DNA of 64,000 nt, taken from positions 1 through 64,000 of the IMG/VR virus record IMGVR_UViG_3300008113_000003; one strand, 5' to 3'. Positions 9,807-19,967 of the stretch are shown one piece after another (the stretch's first letter is position 1; every line of letters starts with the position of its first letter). Made by a program: the position numbers and the translations under genes. The notes beneath the pieces were generated by a model. The model was not told the origin of the DNA, did not search any database, and saw only the letters and a list, made by a program, of their open reading frames with translations.

Positions 9807-10299
9807 TGTTGTTTAACATATTGTTTATATAATTCATCCCGATAGTACTACCTGATATATAACCCATAAAATTACTCATGAAATTTGGGTCAAATGTCAA
9901 TGTATCCATAAAAGTTTCATTGTCATCTATTTGATACCAAGTTTTAAATTCGGATTCAGCTTCTTTAGATATTTTAACCTCAATTTTTTCTTCAGAAATT
10001 GTCCCACCGCATAACGTACAAACTTGTTTAACCAAAGTTATATCACCAATAATATTAGGTATTATTATCTTATGTTCTTTATCAGTAGCAACGGAACCAT
10101 TTTCATCCGTATGGTCACATATTTTGGGGAAATTTTTTATCTTAAGTTCGGTATCCAATAGCATATTCTGGTGGGCATAGTTAAGCGCCTCAACCTTTTT
10201 CTCGAGCTCATCTTTTATTTTTTTGATATCGGAAGCTATCCTATCTTTTTTAAGATGGAGTTCTGTTAACTCATTCTTTCTTTCTAAAAACGGATTCAT
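9799..10299 (-). CDS. hypothetical coiled-coil/Zn-binding protein
   Basis: CDH...CTLC; promoter 4 nt upstream of ATG. Confidence 0.6.
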   Translation of the reverse strand: MNPFLERKNELTELHLKKDRIASDIKKIKDELEKKVEALNYAHQNMLLDTELKIKNFPKICDHTDENGSVATDKEHKIIIPNIIGDITLVKQVCTLCGGTISEEKIEVKISKEAESEFKTWYQIDDNETFMDTLTFDPNFMSNFMGYISGSTIGMNYINNMLNNNE

Positions 10300-10334
10300 G
10301 TGACAAAAGTAAGAAAAAGAATTAATAAAACCAA

Positions 10335-10365
10335 ATAAAAAACCCCGCTTTTTTAGGGCGGGGTA
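10335..10365 (-). terminator. intrinsic terminator after ferritin-like gene
   Basis: GC hairpin (cccgc/gcggg) followed by a U-tract on the minus strand. Confidence 0.6.
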
Positions 10366-10388
10366 TAATATTGATGATACGCAATGTT

Positions 10389-11082
10389 TTATAGATAAGT
10401 TTGTTCGAAATAAAGTACTTCGAACTTGTTGTTTTTGTCAACCAATTCAAGTGCGTTTAACAAATCGTTGTACTCAACAACAGATTCTATAAACTTGTAA
10501 AAAGTCAAACGTTGTTAAATCTGTACCAAACAATTTAGCAGACGACATATTGTATTTGTCCATCAAATCTAATTCAATGGCATAAGCTTTTTCGATAATC
10601 TCAACAAGACCTGTAAATCTTTGGTTTGTATCGGTTACAGGGATTGTAGGTATGATATTAAAATCAGTCATATAATCCATCAAACCTTTAGCGTGCTCTA
10701 ACTCAGTTAAAGCTTCAGCTTCAAAGAAAGCGGTTGCTTTCTTATAGTTAGCGTCTCTACACCAATTAGCAGCGTTTGCATAGAAGTAGTGAGCTGTATA
10801 TTCATCTTTTAATCTAGCTGTTAACTCACCGATTGTTTCTGGGTTTAATTTTCTAAGGTTTGAACCACCCATACTTGGTTCCATTTCAATTGTTGGCATC
10901 CCAGCGCCCCCAGCTGTTTGATCTACTGGCATATCCATCGGTTCGTCAATGACAGCATCTACTGGCGGAGCATCAATACCTTCTGGGTTATTGATATCTA
11001 GGTCTTCAATAGCTTCATTCAATGATTTTTTATTTAGGTTTAAATCCATAAATTCTGATTTTTTAAATTTAAAATTACTCAT
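10389..11082 (-). CDS. ferritin-like protein with acidic N-terminal extension; frameshift near 10490
   Basis: DEYTAHYFY, FFEAEALTELEHA, FDFLQ; final helix ESVVEYNDLLNALELV...EQTYL continues in another frame. Confidence 0.8.
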
Positions 11083-11128
11083 ATCCTTTGTTTTACTATA
11101 AATACTTCTTTTTGTTTAAAAGTACCCC

Positions 11129-11818
11129 TTATTTATTGTTTAAAAAATTATTTAGTTTAGACAGGTTCATCGTAACATTTTTAGGTACATGTGGTGGTGA
11201 CAATATTAACTTAACATCTTTTCTTGATTGAGAAGCCAAATGATAAATTGTTTTGGTTTCTGTCCCAACATTATAAACACCAACTGCTTGGTTATTAACC
11301 AGTTGTATAACCAAATCGGAAATAACTGGTGTGTAATCAGCGTTTGTCTTAACATCATACCAAGCGCTATCATAAGGGAATGGGTATGGTTTGTGTGATA
11401 GCCTACAGATAAGATAGTTTTTTGCGAACGTTTTAATATGCGAGTCCGCTAATAATTTGGTTAGGCTATACCAATTTATATCTGGAACTGGTACATCCAT
11501 TTCGGAAGCATTCTCAATTGAGTTTGAGTAAACATAATCTGTTGAGATGTGGACTAATTTTTTACCAGTTTCTTCACAGAAATTAACTAGGTACGTTGGA
11601 AACAAGTAATTAATTTGCATCATTGATGCTTCATCCTGGGAATATGTGTTAGTGTTGGCAATACAGTTTACAATTACATCATAAGGTAACATATTGTGTA
11701 ACCAACTGTCAAAATTACTAACATCAAAACCATCTTTTTTTCTTGATAAGTAATCCCAACCAGTTTGTTTTATAATCTCACTGGCTAACTTACCATCACC
11801 TAATACTAAGATCTTCAT
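11129..11818 (-). CDS. dTDP-4-dehydrorhamnose reductase-like (RmlD) SDR
   Basis: LVLGDGKLA, VNCIA, HISTDYVY, YSLTK. Confidence 0.85.
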   Translation of the reverse strand: MKILVLGDGKLASEIIKQTGWDYLSRKKDGFDVSNFDSWLHNMLPYDVIVNCIANTNTYSQDEASMMQINYLFPTYLVNFCEETGKKLVHISTDYVYSNSIENASEMDVPVPDINWYSLTKLLADSHIKTFAKNYLICRLSHKPYPFPYDSAWYDVKTNADYTPVISDLVIQLVNNQAVGVYNVGTETKTIYHLASQSRKDVKLILSPPHVPKNVTMNLSKLNNFLNNK

Positions 11819-12300
11819 ACTAATTCTAATTGATTTTTATACCACTTAGGTACGTCTCTACCCTTCCAAGAGGCAAAACCAGATTTAGCACCACAGTAAT
11901 AGTTGCGATACGACTCAACCGCATCATCAACTTTATATTCGTCAGGCATTGCTTTAGCTGGCTCAGTGAACCCTTTGTCCTCAATGTTTGGTTTATTCAC
12001 AATACACCACTCAATTACATCTTGCGACTTATGTCTTTTACCATATCGATAGGTGTATTCGTAACACAACTCAAGACCTAACTCACACAAATACAAGTAG
12101 TTAGACAAAGACTCACGGGTCCAGATTGAACACGGATGGTTCTTATGTGATAACTTGTAAGGTGCTGCGGATTGACTATCTGTTATCCAATGAACACCAC
12201 ATAACAATTGCGCTGTTTCAAGTATCATCTTTACAACGTGCTTGTCAACATGACTTTGCGCACATTTTTTAACATCGTAATCTAATAAGAATATATTCAT
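11815..12300 (-). CDS. pyrimidine-dimer DNA glycosylase/DenV-like family protein
   Basis: MNIFLLD, DKHVVKMILETAQLL, HKNHPCSIW, EYTYRYGKRH, AMPD, YRNYY. Confidence 0.75.
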   Translation of the reverse strand: MNIFLLDYDVKKCAQSHVDKHVVKMILETAQLLCGVHWITDSQSAAPYKLSHKNHPCSIWTRESLSNYLYLCELGLELCYEYTYRYGKRHKSQDVIEWCIVNKPNIEDKGFTEPAKAMPDEYKVDDAVESYRNYYCGAKSGFASWKGRDVPKWYKNQLELV

Positions 12301-12336
12301 GGGGTAAAGATAAATACTTTTTAATTAACAACCAAA

Positions 12337-12657
12337 TTATCTAGCGAATTTTGAGTAATCTGGTTTTATACCATGTTCATCTAAAGTATGACCAAGAAAA
12401 CTAATCTCATCCTCACGTAACTTAGTTGACTCCTCAAAATAATCTAATATTGTTTCCATTTCAACCCTTAATGAATCACTGACAGCTTCTAATGAATCAA
12501 CCCTGCATTCTTGTACTTTAATGTTATTTTGTAACTCATAGTTCTTTTGTTTTAAACTAAGGTTATCAGATACCATGTATGCTGCAATTACTGACACACA
12601 CACCACCGTTATTATTAACCATGCTATTGTATCTAATTTGTGTTCTTTTTTAATCAT
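12337..12657 (-). CDS. membrane-anchored coiled-coil protein
   Basis: N-terminal TM segment followed by heptads. Confidence 0.6.
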   Translation of the reverse strand: MIKKEHKLDTIAWLIITVVCVSVIAAYMVSDNLSLKQKNYELQNNIKVQECRVDSLEAVSDSLRVEMETILDYFEESTKLREDEISFLGHTLDEHGIKPDYSKFAR

Positions 12658-12668
12658 AACTTTATTTT

Positions 12669-13232
12669 TTAAGGTATATATAAGATTGTTGGATTATCTT
12701 TATGTATGTCGATCATCCATTTAAATTTATTTAGATTAAACGGGCTTGAAATTATGTGACACCCACTTTTAGTTGGTATCTCCGCATAGATCTTACCGCC
12801 AGCTTTGATGATATCTTGAACCCTGTCATCCTTCTCAGCCATCCATTCGTCATCAAAGTCAACAATCCACTTCTTGTTCTTATCAGAATGGTGTTTACCA
12901 CAGATTGTATCATAGGTATTCTTTACAGACTTGTGATTACCATCAGCAATAAGGTTAGCGGTTCTCCTCAAACATTCTAATGCAATCTTCTTATCATCCC
13001 GAACATTCAACCTAAGATAAGCCCTAGCATTGTTTAACTGACACTCACGGACAGCATACAGGTAGTACTTATGGTAATCTTCCAAAGAGTATATCTGGTA
13101 ATTAGATATAACTTTGTTGTTACCAGTAAGTTCTGGGTTATCTTTCCTGCGTTTTATTACTTGCAGAAAATAGAACTTCGAGTTATCCTCAAAGGTCATA
13201 AAAGGTTTAAGTAGTTCGAAATTATCGACCAT
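12669..13232 (-). CDS. conserved phage hypothetical protein
   Basis: FYFLQVIKRRKDNP, WIVDFD, TKSGCHII motifs; function unknown. Confidence 0.65.
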   Translation of the reverse strand: MVDNFELLKPFMTFEDNSKFYFLQVIKRRKDNPELTGNNKVISNYQIYSLEDYHKYYLYAVRECQLNNARAYLRLNVRDDKKIALECLRRTANLIADGNHKSVKNTYDTICGKHHSDKNKKWIVDFDDEWMAEKDDRVQDIIKAGGKIYAEIPTKSGCHIISSPFNLNKFKWMIDIHKDNPTILYIP

Positions 13233-13717
13233 TACATTCCGTATTGATTAGGTTCAACAGTATGTTCAATTTGAACTCTAACACAATCTTGTGGTTGCGC
13301 TTCGTTCTTTAAAAAATTGTTTATATAACCCATAATGTTAGCGGCCCCAATTGGGTTAGCTGAGTGAACATAAACATGTGGAAAAGGGAAATAAGGTGTT
13401 GTTCTTTTCTTAGAACCTCTATCCATATCCAAGTATTCTGGGTGGACATTATAGAACTCATCGATCAACCATTTGGCGCAATCCAAACCAGTTTTCTCTT
13501 TGATGTTATTGTAATCCAACTTATAGTTTTTAATACCGTTGTAATACTCTGCCATGGCTGTCTCACCAAGATCATGGTCCAATGAAATGTGTTCGATATT
13601 ATCGAAACCAAGTTCATTTATTTTAGCCACGAACTCATCGTAACTACGAACGACAACCCATTCATTTGCTGTGGGTGTGCGTACATCATCTAAATAGATA
13701 TTATATTTCTGTGTCAT
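13232..13717 (-). CDS. cyclic-phosphate-processing receiver-like domain protein
   Basis: IYLDDVR, ISLDHDLG, TGLDCAKWL, VHSANPIGA. Confidence 0.75.
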   Translation of the reverse strand: MTQKYNIYLDDVRTPTANEWVVVRSYDEFVAKINELGFDNIEHISLDHDLGETAMAEYYNGIKNYKLDYNNIKEKTGLDCAKWLIDEFYNVHPEYLDMDRGSKKRTTPYFPFPHVYVHSANPIGAANIMGYINNFLKNEAQPQDCVRVQIEHTVEPNQYGM

Positions 13718-13753
13718 GACACAAAAGTAATAAGATTTATTTAAATAACCAAA

Positions 13754-13975
13754 CTATTTTTTAGATTTTTTATTGAACAAGAAATACAGCCCAAAGAAAA
13801 GTGCCGCAATACAATAGAAAATAACGTCCGTAATCCAGTAAGAATTTGTCCAGTTCATCGTCATCTTGAACAGTGCATCGAACCCAAAAGGGTTGAAAAA
13901 CATAGCAAGCATTAAACAGATTGTGGAAAGCTTTTTTAAGAAAGCTGCTCTCCAAGTTTTTGTTTCTACTGTCAT
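13754..13975 (-). CDS. small membrane protein
   Basis: Two TM segments. Confidence 0.55.
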   Translation of the reverse strand: MTVETKTWRAAFLKKLSTICLMLAMFFNPFGFDALFKMTMNWTNSYWITDVIFYCIAALFFGLYFLFNKKSKK

Positions 13976-14053
13976 CGTCCATACTCAGATATTAGGATGT
14001 TTATAATCAACACAGAATGTGTATCATAAACATAAATATAAAGTATTTACGGT

Positions 14054-14620
14054 TTATTCTAAAAATGCGATAATTTTTTCTTTAATACCTGATTGTTTGA
14101 TACCCTCAATACCACTTGGTGTGAGTACAAAGTTATCTAACCCCCAGTCTTTCCAGGATTCACCGTTCTTGCCCATGTCCAAATCATCAACAGCAACCCA
14201 ATGAGTAATTTCGGGGTTATCGTGTAAATATTGTTTAATTTCGATAACACGAGTCATTTCCAAGTCCCATTGTGGTGACCATATCCAATTATTATACCAT
14301 GTACATTGACCCAAATCTGGTGTCAACGCAATTGGTTTTTTAATAATCCCTTTGGATTCGTAGTACTCACCCATTTCTTCAAGGTTTGCCCATCGTTTCC
14401 AATCGGATGATACAACAATCTCGGCACCAGTCTTTTGAATGATCCCATTGAGAACCTTGACAGCCTTTTGATTGAAGTTATCAAATCGATATTCAACTGG
14501 CATTTCTCTAGTGGTCATGGATAATTTACGTCCACCCCATTTATCTTGTTTCTTAAAACGATTACCCCACTCTGAGGATAGACAGATTACTCCGTCATGG
14601 TCTAAAAATATAACTTTCAT
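14054..14620 (-). CDS. HAD phosphatase, Swiss-army-knife RNA-repair type
   Basis: IFLDHDGV, VVSSDW, EIKQYL, VAVDD. Confidence 0.8.
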   Translation of the reverse strand: MKVIFLDHDGVICLSSEWGNRFKKQDKWGGRKLSMTTREMPVEYRFDNFNQKAVKVLNGIIQKTGAEIVVSSDWKRWANLEEMGEYYESKGIIKKPIALTPDLGQCTWYNNWIWSPQWDLEMTRVIEIKQYLHDNPEITHWVAVDDLDMGKNGESWKDWGLDNFVLTPSGIEGIKQSGIKEKIIAFLE

Positions 14621-14621
14621 A

Positions 14622-15257
14622 TTATTTTCTTCTTAATATTAAATTCTCGTAATTCTCTTCTTTTTTGAATTGTCTATCAATTCTATACAAGTGATTCGGG
14701 GTTAAACCAAACCATGGGTCAGAATGGTGGAATCTCACAAATTGTTCTGGCAACATATCAGAATCATCGTCTAATATTGCGTAGTCTACGACCTCTGGAT
14801 GCTTATCCAACCATTCTTGAATTTCCTGGCCCCTTAACTCTCTTCGATCACCTGTAATTCCAACAAAGGTGCCTTCTTTGAAACCGAGTTCAGTCAACGC
14901 ATCTGCCCATCTTTCGGGTGTAGATACATAACCTTCAATACCAAAGTGATGTTTCCACACCGAAGAAACGCAAATCTTGGTATCTGTTTCGTTACACCAT
15001 TCACTAAGCCATTGCCATTTTTGTGGGCAAGTCTCTTCTTGTAATCGCTCAAATTGGTAATTGAACGTGAAAGACTTTTTGGGTGGTTTATAGTCGGCCA
15101 GTGAAACACCTTTAGATTGAATACCGAATAGTTTTCTAAAACGGTATTTTAACTCATACCACCATGTTATGGGTTTTCTCCACCGTCTCTTATGTCTCTC
15201 CTTATAAAAAACGGTGGAGTTCATAACCCCATCAATATCCAAAAAGATTACTTTCAT
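14622..15257 (-). CDS. HAD phosphatase, Swiss-army-knife RNA-repair type (paralogue)
   Basis: IFLDIDGV, VSSVW, RGQEIQEWL, AILDDDSDM. Confidence 0.82.
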   Translation of the reverse strand: MKVIFLDIDGVMNSTVFYKERHKRRWRKPITWWYELKYRFRKLFGIQSKGVSLADYKPPKKSFTFNYQFERLQEETCPQKWQWLSEWCNETDTKICVSSVWKHHFGIEGYVSTPERWADALTELGFKEGTFVGITGDRRELRGQEIQEWLDKHPEVVDYAILDDDSDMLPEQFVRFHHSDPWFGLTPNHLYRIDRQFKKEENYENLILRRK

Positions 15258-15946
15258 GCGTATTGTGTTCTTAATAATTTAACGATGTCCATAGCATCAT
15301 CAATTGCGTTATGGGTAACGTGTGGATCCATCTTTGCACGCTCTTTACAAAGTGACAGCCCTGGGATAGCCTCATCATTCTTCCAATCAACAAATAGAAT
15401 TGACGGATCGATTGTTCTACCTCTAGCTTTCAACACTTGCTTCCATCTTGGTAATCTCTCCAAGAACTTATTATCGAAGTTAGCGAAGTTCTTACCAGCA
15501 CCGTTAAAGTAATACGGTTTCATCTTGGATGTCAATGCTGGGTAAGTCTTACCGTTAATCACCTCAACCACTCTATTCTGATAAAGAGGGTTAAAAGTAT
15601 CGGGACCGCCATCCAAAGCTTTGTGATCATATAAGAAATGGAAGATTCGTCTGGTGACATCTTCTTCATAAAGATATTCACGACCAGTTTTTTCCACTAT
15701 CTCAGCCTTAGCCTCTGGAGTCTTAGCTATTTTATAACTAAGGATATCAGAGATGAGTTCTTTGTTCATATTAAGAGCAAAGATTTCACCCTCAATACGT
15801 TCACGTATGATTGCGATTTCGAGTTTAGGTAACTCGTCAAACGGTTTCAAATTATTGGTGTCCTCAACAACCAATCCGATTGATAATGTTTGAGTATTCT
15901 CGTTATCCAAACCTGTTGTTTCTATGTCAATGCTTACGTATATCAT
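15254..15946 (-). CDS. DEDDh 3'-5' exonuclease
   Basis: SIDIETTG, GKNFANFD, HNAIDDA. Confidence 0.85.
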   Translation of the reverse strand: MIYVSIDIETTGLDNENTQTLSIGLVVEDTNNLKPFDELPKLEIAIIRERIEGEIFALNMNKELISDILSYKIAKTPEAKAEIVEKTGREYLYEEDVTRRIFHFLYDHKALDGGPDTFNPLYQNRVVEVINGKTYPALTSKMKPYYFNGAGKNFANFDNKFLERLPRWKQVLKARGRTIDPSILFVDWKNDEAIPGLSLCKERAKMDPHVTHNAIDDAMDIVKLLRTQYA

Positions 15947-16968
15947 TACTTTTCGTTTTTTAATAAGAATTTATTTGAAATAGCTTTGAAGCTTACAGTT
16001 CTGTCCATGGTTCTGAACACAACACCTTCTCGATCAAATCTGTCGTTAAGTACTGACTTACCATCAGCAAACGCCAAACACTCATCGATTGTTTGTGGTA
16101 ACTTCATTGTCAAGTTAGTTAACATCGGAACAATCTCCAATTTAAACTGATGTTCAAATAAAGCTAAGAACATTGGTAAACCATAGTAAGTTTGAGAATC
16201 GATATCAAAGGCGTTGAAGAATCTAACGGTATGGCCCTTAATCTTATATGGGTTACCCTGAATACCTTCTCCGATTAACTCACCTTGTATGGCCAAGTTC
16301 CGTCCATTCTCACGTAACTTTTCTTCAAGTTTTAACTCACGAGCCACCTTCCAGAAAGTATTACCTTCAGTCTCCTCAAGGTCTAAGTTTCTAGAACAAA
16401 CACCAAAGACATCACCATTCAAATAGAATGTTGCGGAGCTACCATCAAGTTTTTCGGTTACATAGAAATCCAAACCTTCCTCAACCCATTTTGCGTAGTC
16501 TTTGGTCAAGTTCTGTACACGCTCCTCATCTGTCTTGCGTAAGAAACCTGGGAAGTTACCACGAACCTTACCAGCAAGTTCAGCTGGAATAGGTGGTTCA
16601 TATTTAACGATACCCAATCTCTCAGTAACATCAAGACCCTCATAAGCTGTCCAACCAAAGTCCCCAAAGATACTTATAGGTAAGATCAAACCTTGTGAAA
16701 CTTGCCCACGAAGTCTGATTGTTTTAAGACGGAAACCTTCTTGGTCACCCATTCTCTTAAATGAACTCTTACGTAAGAACTCAAACTCTTCCCTAACGGG
16801 TAAAAACGAGTCGATCTCACAGTAAACTACATAGTCACCAACTTTGTGACCAACATTCTTTGCAACAACAACATCCCAGTTGTTGATACGTGCAACTTCA
16901 ATAGCATCAGCGCCTTCAATAGGTCTGATATCGGCTATTACTTGTATGCTTGCTAACTTTCTTTCCAT
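15946..16968 (-). CDS. RNA ligase, DRB0094/Rnl5 family
   Basis: RKLASIQ, PIEGADAIE, LRGQVSQGL, KTDEER, TEKLDGSS, REGVVF, FKAISN. Confidence 0.9.
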   Translation of the reverse strand: MERKLASIQVIADIRPIEGADAIEVARINNWDVVVAKNVGHKVGDYVVYCEIDSFLPVREEFEFLRKSSFKRMGDQEGFRLKTIRLRGQVSQGLILPISIFGDFGWTAYEGLDVTERLGIVKYEPPIPAELAGKVRGNFPGFLRKTDEERVQNLTKDYAKWVEEGLDFYVTEKLDGSSATFYLNGDVFGVCSRNLDLEETEGNTFWKVARELKLEEKLRENGRNLAIQGELIGEGIQGNPYKIKGHTVRFFNAFDIDSQTYYGLPMFLALFEHQFKLEIVPMLTNLTMKLPQTIDECLAFADGKSVLNDRFDREGVVFRTMDRTVSFKAISNKFLLKNEK

Positions 16969-17252
16969 TCTTTTTTATATTTTAATTCCCAATGTTTTCT
17001 GTATTCTCTAACATTAATCATTCTGATTGGGTATTCCCAATAACGGTCTTCATGCCAAATAGTAATAAACAAAACAAGTGTTGATGGTGGGACGTGACTT
17101 TCTTTTGCCCACTTAAACAATTGTTTTATATTACCCTTTTGTCTTATCTTCTTAGCAAAGGTAGGAAAATCACAATCCCAAACCATCGGGAATGTGTTTA
17201 ATATACCTGAGCCAACACCCTTATAACCTATGTTATGAATAACTTGTTTCAT
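16953..17252 (-). CDS. hypothetical protein
   Basis: ORF track. Confidence 0.55.
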   Translation of the reverse strand: MKQVIHNIGYKGVGSGILNTFPMVWDCDFPTFAKKIRQKGNIKQLFKWAKESHVPPSTLVLFITIWHEDRYWEYPIRMINVREYRKHWELKYKKEWKES

Positions 17253-17253
17253 C

Positions 17254-17670
17254 TTATAATTTAACCTCGAAACGATCCTTCATCGCTTGTAGTTTATCCT
17301 CTGGTACACCATGTTCATTAACACCACCATGTCTGTTCTCAACAATGATACTGAATACTTTATAGTTCCATTGTTTTGCTAAAGCATAGTACGGTTCCAT
17401 CTCCCACTCCTGTGTGAATGTGTTTGATACTATGATTGTGCTGTTATGGCCAGCAGTGTAGTTCACTAACATTGCTCGCTCAACACTATTTTGACACCAC
17501 TTATGTGCATCCTTTATTTTAGCTGGGTCAAATTTATAAACCCCGTCTTCCATGAAGTACATGTCGGCTTCAAAATGTGCGTAGCCAGACCCACCTGCCC
17601 CCAATAGTTTGGCAGTTGTGCTCTTACCAGATCCTGGTATTCCTCTTACTAATATTAATTCTTTACTCAT
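17254..17670 (-). CDS. P-loop polynucleotide-kinase-like protein
   Basis: RGIPGSGKST, EADMYF, VSNTF, HGVP. Confidence 0.85.
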   Translation of the reverse strand: MSKELILVRGIPGSGKSTTAKLLGAGGSGYAHFEADMYFMEDGVYKFDPAKIKDAHKWCQNSVERAMLVNYTAGHNSTIIVSNTFTQEWEMEPYYALAKQWNYKVFSIIVENRHGGVNEHGVPEDKLQAMKDRFEVKL

Positions 17671-18298
17671 GATGGTCGTATGCGATCATTGATCTTTTTT
17701 CTCTTTTTTCCATTAACTTCAGGATGTCTTTTAATTCGTATGGCTCCATCCCGTTTGAACCATCCATTCCAACGTCCATCATCTTACCTGGGCCGAATTT
17801 CAAATGGGCTGGCAAGTGAACGTGTCCGTGCAAGTGGATAACACCTTGGTTAAGGTCATGCCAAGACGCAATAGGAAAATGGCACAATACCATTCTATGA
17901 ACGTCATGGGAGCCACCCTTATCGACTTTAAGCGTCAGGTAATGGTATTTACTCACAGAAGCGAATAAGCCCTGTATATCCTCTTTATTTCGATCGATGT
18001 GGTGATCATGATTACCAAGCACCAAGTGGATGTTTTGACACATAATTCTGTGTCGAAGTTCAGCGATTCTTTCAAACCCACCAAACGACCAGTCACCTAA
18101 GTGAAATAGGATATCGTCTGGGCCAACATTGTTGTTGATCGCATTCACAATTGCAGCGTTCATCTTATCCAAAGATTCAAAATCTCTGGTCTTACCCTCA
18201 TCTGGCCAATTAGATGTTGCACGGCAAATATTGCTGTGTCCGTAATGTGTATCCGATGTGAACCATACCTTTTGGTTCCTTCCTACTTGTAGTTTCAT
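17663..18298 (-). CDS. calcineurin-like metallophosphoesterase
   Basis: SDTHYGH, LGDWS, GNHD, CHFP, HGHVH; start adjusted to MKLQVG. Confidence 0.88.
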   Translation of the reverse strand: MKLQVGRNQKVWFTSDTHYGHSNICRATSNWPDEGKTRDFESLDKMNAAIVNAINNNVGPDDILFHLGDWSFGGFERIAELRHRIMCQNIHLVLGNHDHHIDRNKEDIQGLFASVSKYHYLTLKVDKGGSHDVHRMVLCHFPIASWHDLNQGVIHLHGHVHLPAHLKFGPGKMMDVGMDGSNGMEPYELKDILKLMEKREKRSMIAYDHHE

Positions 18299-18311
18299 TT
18301 TGCAAATATAA

Positions 18312-18563
18312 TTAAAAATAATCATTACACCAAATTGGTGTCTTTTCTCCCACATACCCGCCATGGATATTGTAGTAGTAATGCTCTAAAGCATCTTCTT
18401 CAGTCATCTCATCATTAATGATAAGTATATCGATAATTTTACTCATGGAGTAGATAAGTCTACCAGTTTGGTCATCATAACCTATGATAGCCTCATCTAA
18501 TCCATCAGCTTTTAAGAACTCATCCTCTGGATTCTGTTCAATTATTAAATCTAGCATGCTCAT
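18312..18563 (-). CDS. conserved phage hypothetical protein
   Basis: ADGLDEAIIG...YNIHGGYVGEKTPI. Confidence 0.65.
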   Translation of the reverse strand: MSMLDLIIEQNPEDEFLKADGLDEAIIGYDDQTGRLIYSMSKIIDILIINDEMTEEDALEHYYYNIHGGYVGEKTPIWCNDYF

Positions 18564-19630
18564 ATTTTTCTGTATTCTGGATAAATTAAGTCCCAAATTA
18601 TTTTACTGCAATCTCTTTTGTCTAACATTGTAAACAAAATAGACGGGTGCTTGTATTGCAAAGCATATTGAGCAAAGGTTGCTCTATACTTTTCTTTTGG
18701 TACATTGTGGGTTCCCAAACCTTTCACTATTGTATTAAAAATCCAAGTGTACTCCTTTTCAAGGGTTTTAAACTGAGAAGTTAACTCATCTACATAGATT
18801 TTAATCTTTGCATGAAATTCATCTGGTACGTCAACCAATGAAGCCATTAAATCTTCACCGTTGGATAATGTTTCCCAGATGTTTCTTGTCGAAAAGTTTG
18901 TCATGATTTTGTGTAATCTAACATACTCCTCAAACTTGATCTTAACACGATAACCAGATGGGTAGAATCTAATAACAAACCCCTCTTTACCAGATTCATT
19001 TAAATTTTGGTATCTTTTAAATAAATCTTCAGTTAATGGATCTATCGAAGTCCAAACAACATCCTCATAGTCTATACCAGAAGCTCTAAACATAGATTTT
19101 GCTGTCGCCCAATTCAACTCACCCTCAGGTGTTGTTGCACCAAGAAATGTTATCATATCTTCACCATAGTCAACAACAATCCTGTTCTCAGGATAGATGA
19201 TCTCACATAGGTAAGTAACATTAGGGATAAAACGTTTTAAATCGTATTTTGATTTAAGAATTTCCAAACCTTTAACAGATTGGTCAGATGTAAATGAACC
19301 CCTTGTTGCTAATAACCATTCACCATTATAGTTAAATAAAATACCCAAAGAGCCGTCCATTTTTTCTTGGACATAAACATACTCGCTATCCCATGGAATG
19401 ATATCCTTATCAATAACTTCTTCATAGTTAAAGAATTTTGGGAATGGTTTAGCAATCACAGCACCAGAATCATCAGTGACAAGTCCACGGCATGCAATAG
19501 TAACCTCATCCCATAACATTTCGTACTGCACCTTTTCGGTGTAGTTCCAAATTGTCAATGGAAGAGTTGGGTGTGTTTGTTTATACAACAACCCATCCTC
19601 GTGATACTTGTTTAATGTTTCTAAGTTCAT
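18560..19630 (-). CDS. T4 Rnl1-like RNA ligase
   Basis: CRGLV, FPKFFN, EKMDGSL, ATRGSF, EGFVI, KIK..EY. Confidence 0.9.
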   Translation of the reverse strand: MNLETLNKYHEDGLLYKQTHPTLPLTIWNYTEKVQYEMLWDEVTIACRGLVTDDSGAVIAKPFPKFFNYEEVIDKDIIPWDSEYVYVQEKMDGSLGILFNYNGEWLLATRGSFTSDQSVKGLEILKSKYDLKRFIPNVTYLCEIIYPENRIVVDYGEDMITFLGATTPEGELNWATAKSMFRASGIDYEDVVWTSIDPLTEDLFKRYQNLNESGKEGFVIRFYPSGYRVKIKFEEYVRLHKIMTNFSTRNIWETLSNGEDLMASLVDVPDEFHAKIKIYVDELTSQFKTLEKEYTWIFNTIVKGLGTHNVPKEKYRATFAQYALQYKHPSILFTMLDKRDCSKIIWDLIYPEYRKI

Positions 19631-19890
19631 AACCTATTTGCTATTTTTCTGATAATTTCTTCTTCTTCGTTTGTTAACCTTAATCTACCTCTACCAGCTA
19701 ATTTACCTATAACCTCATCCCATTCTTCATCTAAAAGATTTTTATCCTCTGTTGGGACACTGTTAATTGGGTTGACGATGTAACCATCTTCAGCTAATGC
19801 ATCGATTAATTCTCCAATCTCTCTTTTTGAGCATGCACTGACAAATTCACTTGGGTCAATGTCGATGTCTTCTACGTAAAATTCTGGCAT
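19627..19890 (-). CDS. hypothetical protein
   Basis: ORF track; promoter upstream. Confidence 0.6.
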   Translation of the reverse strand: MPEFYVEDIDIDPSEFVSACSKREIGELIDALAEDGYIVNPINSVPTEDKNLLDEEWDEVIGKLAGRGRLRLTNEEEEIIRKIANRL

Positions 19891-19967
19891 AGTATTTTTA
19901 TTTGTTCAACAAAAGTAAACAAAAAAGACTTAACAAGCAAATTTTTTTAGAAAAATTGTTTAAAAAT

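Noticed and set aside
10474-10482. TGA read-through or selenocysteine after Cys-Cys in ferritin
   Set aside because: The missing ferritin helix is in a different frame, so it is a frameshift
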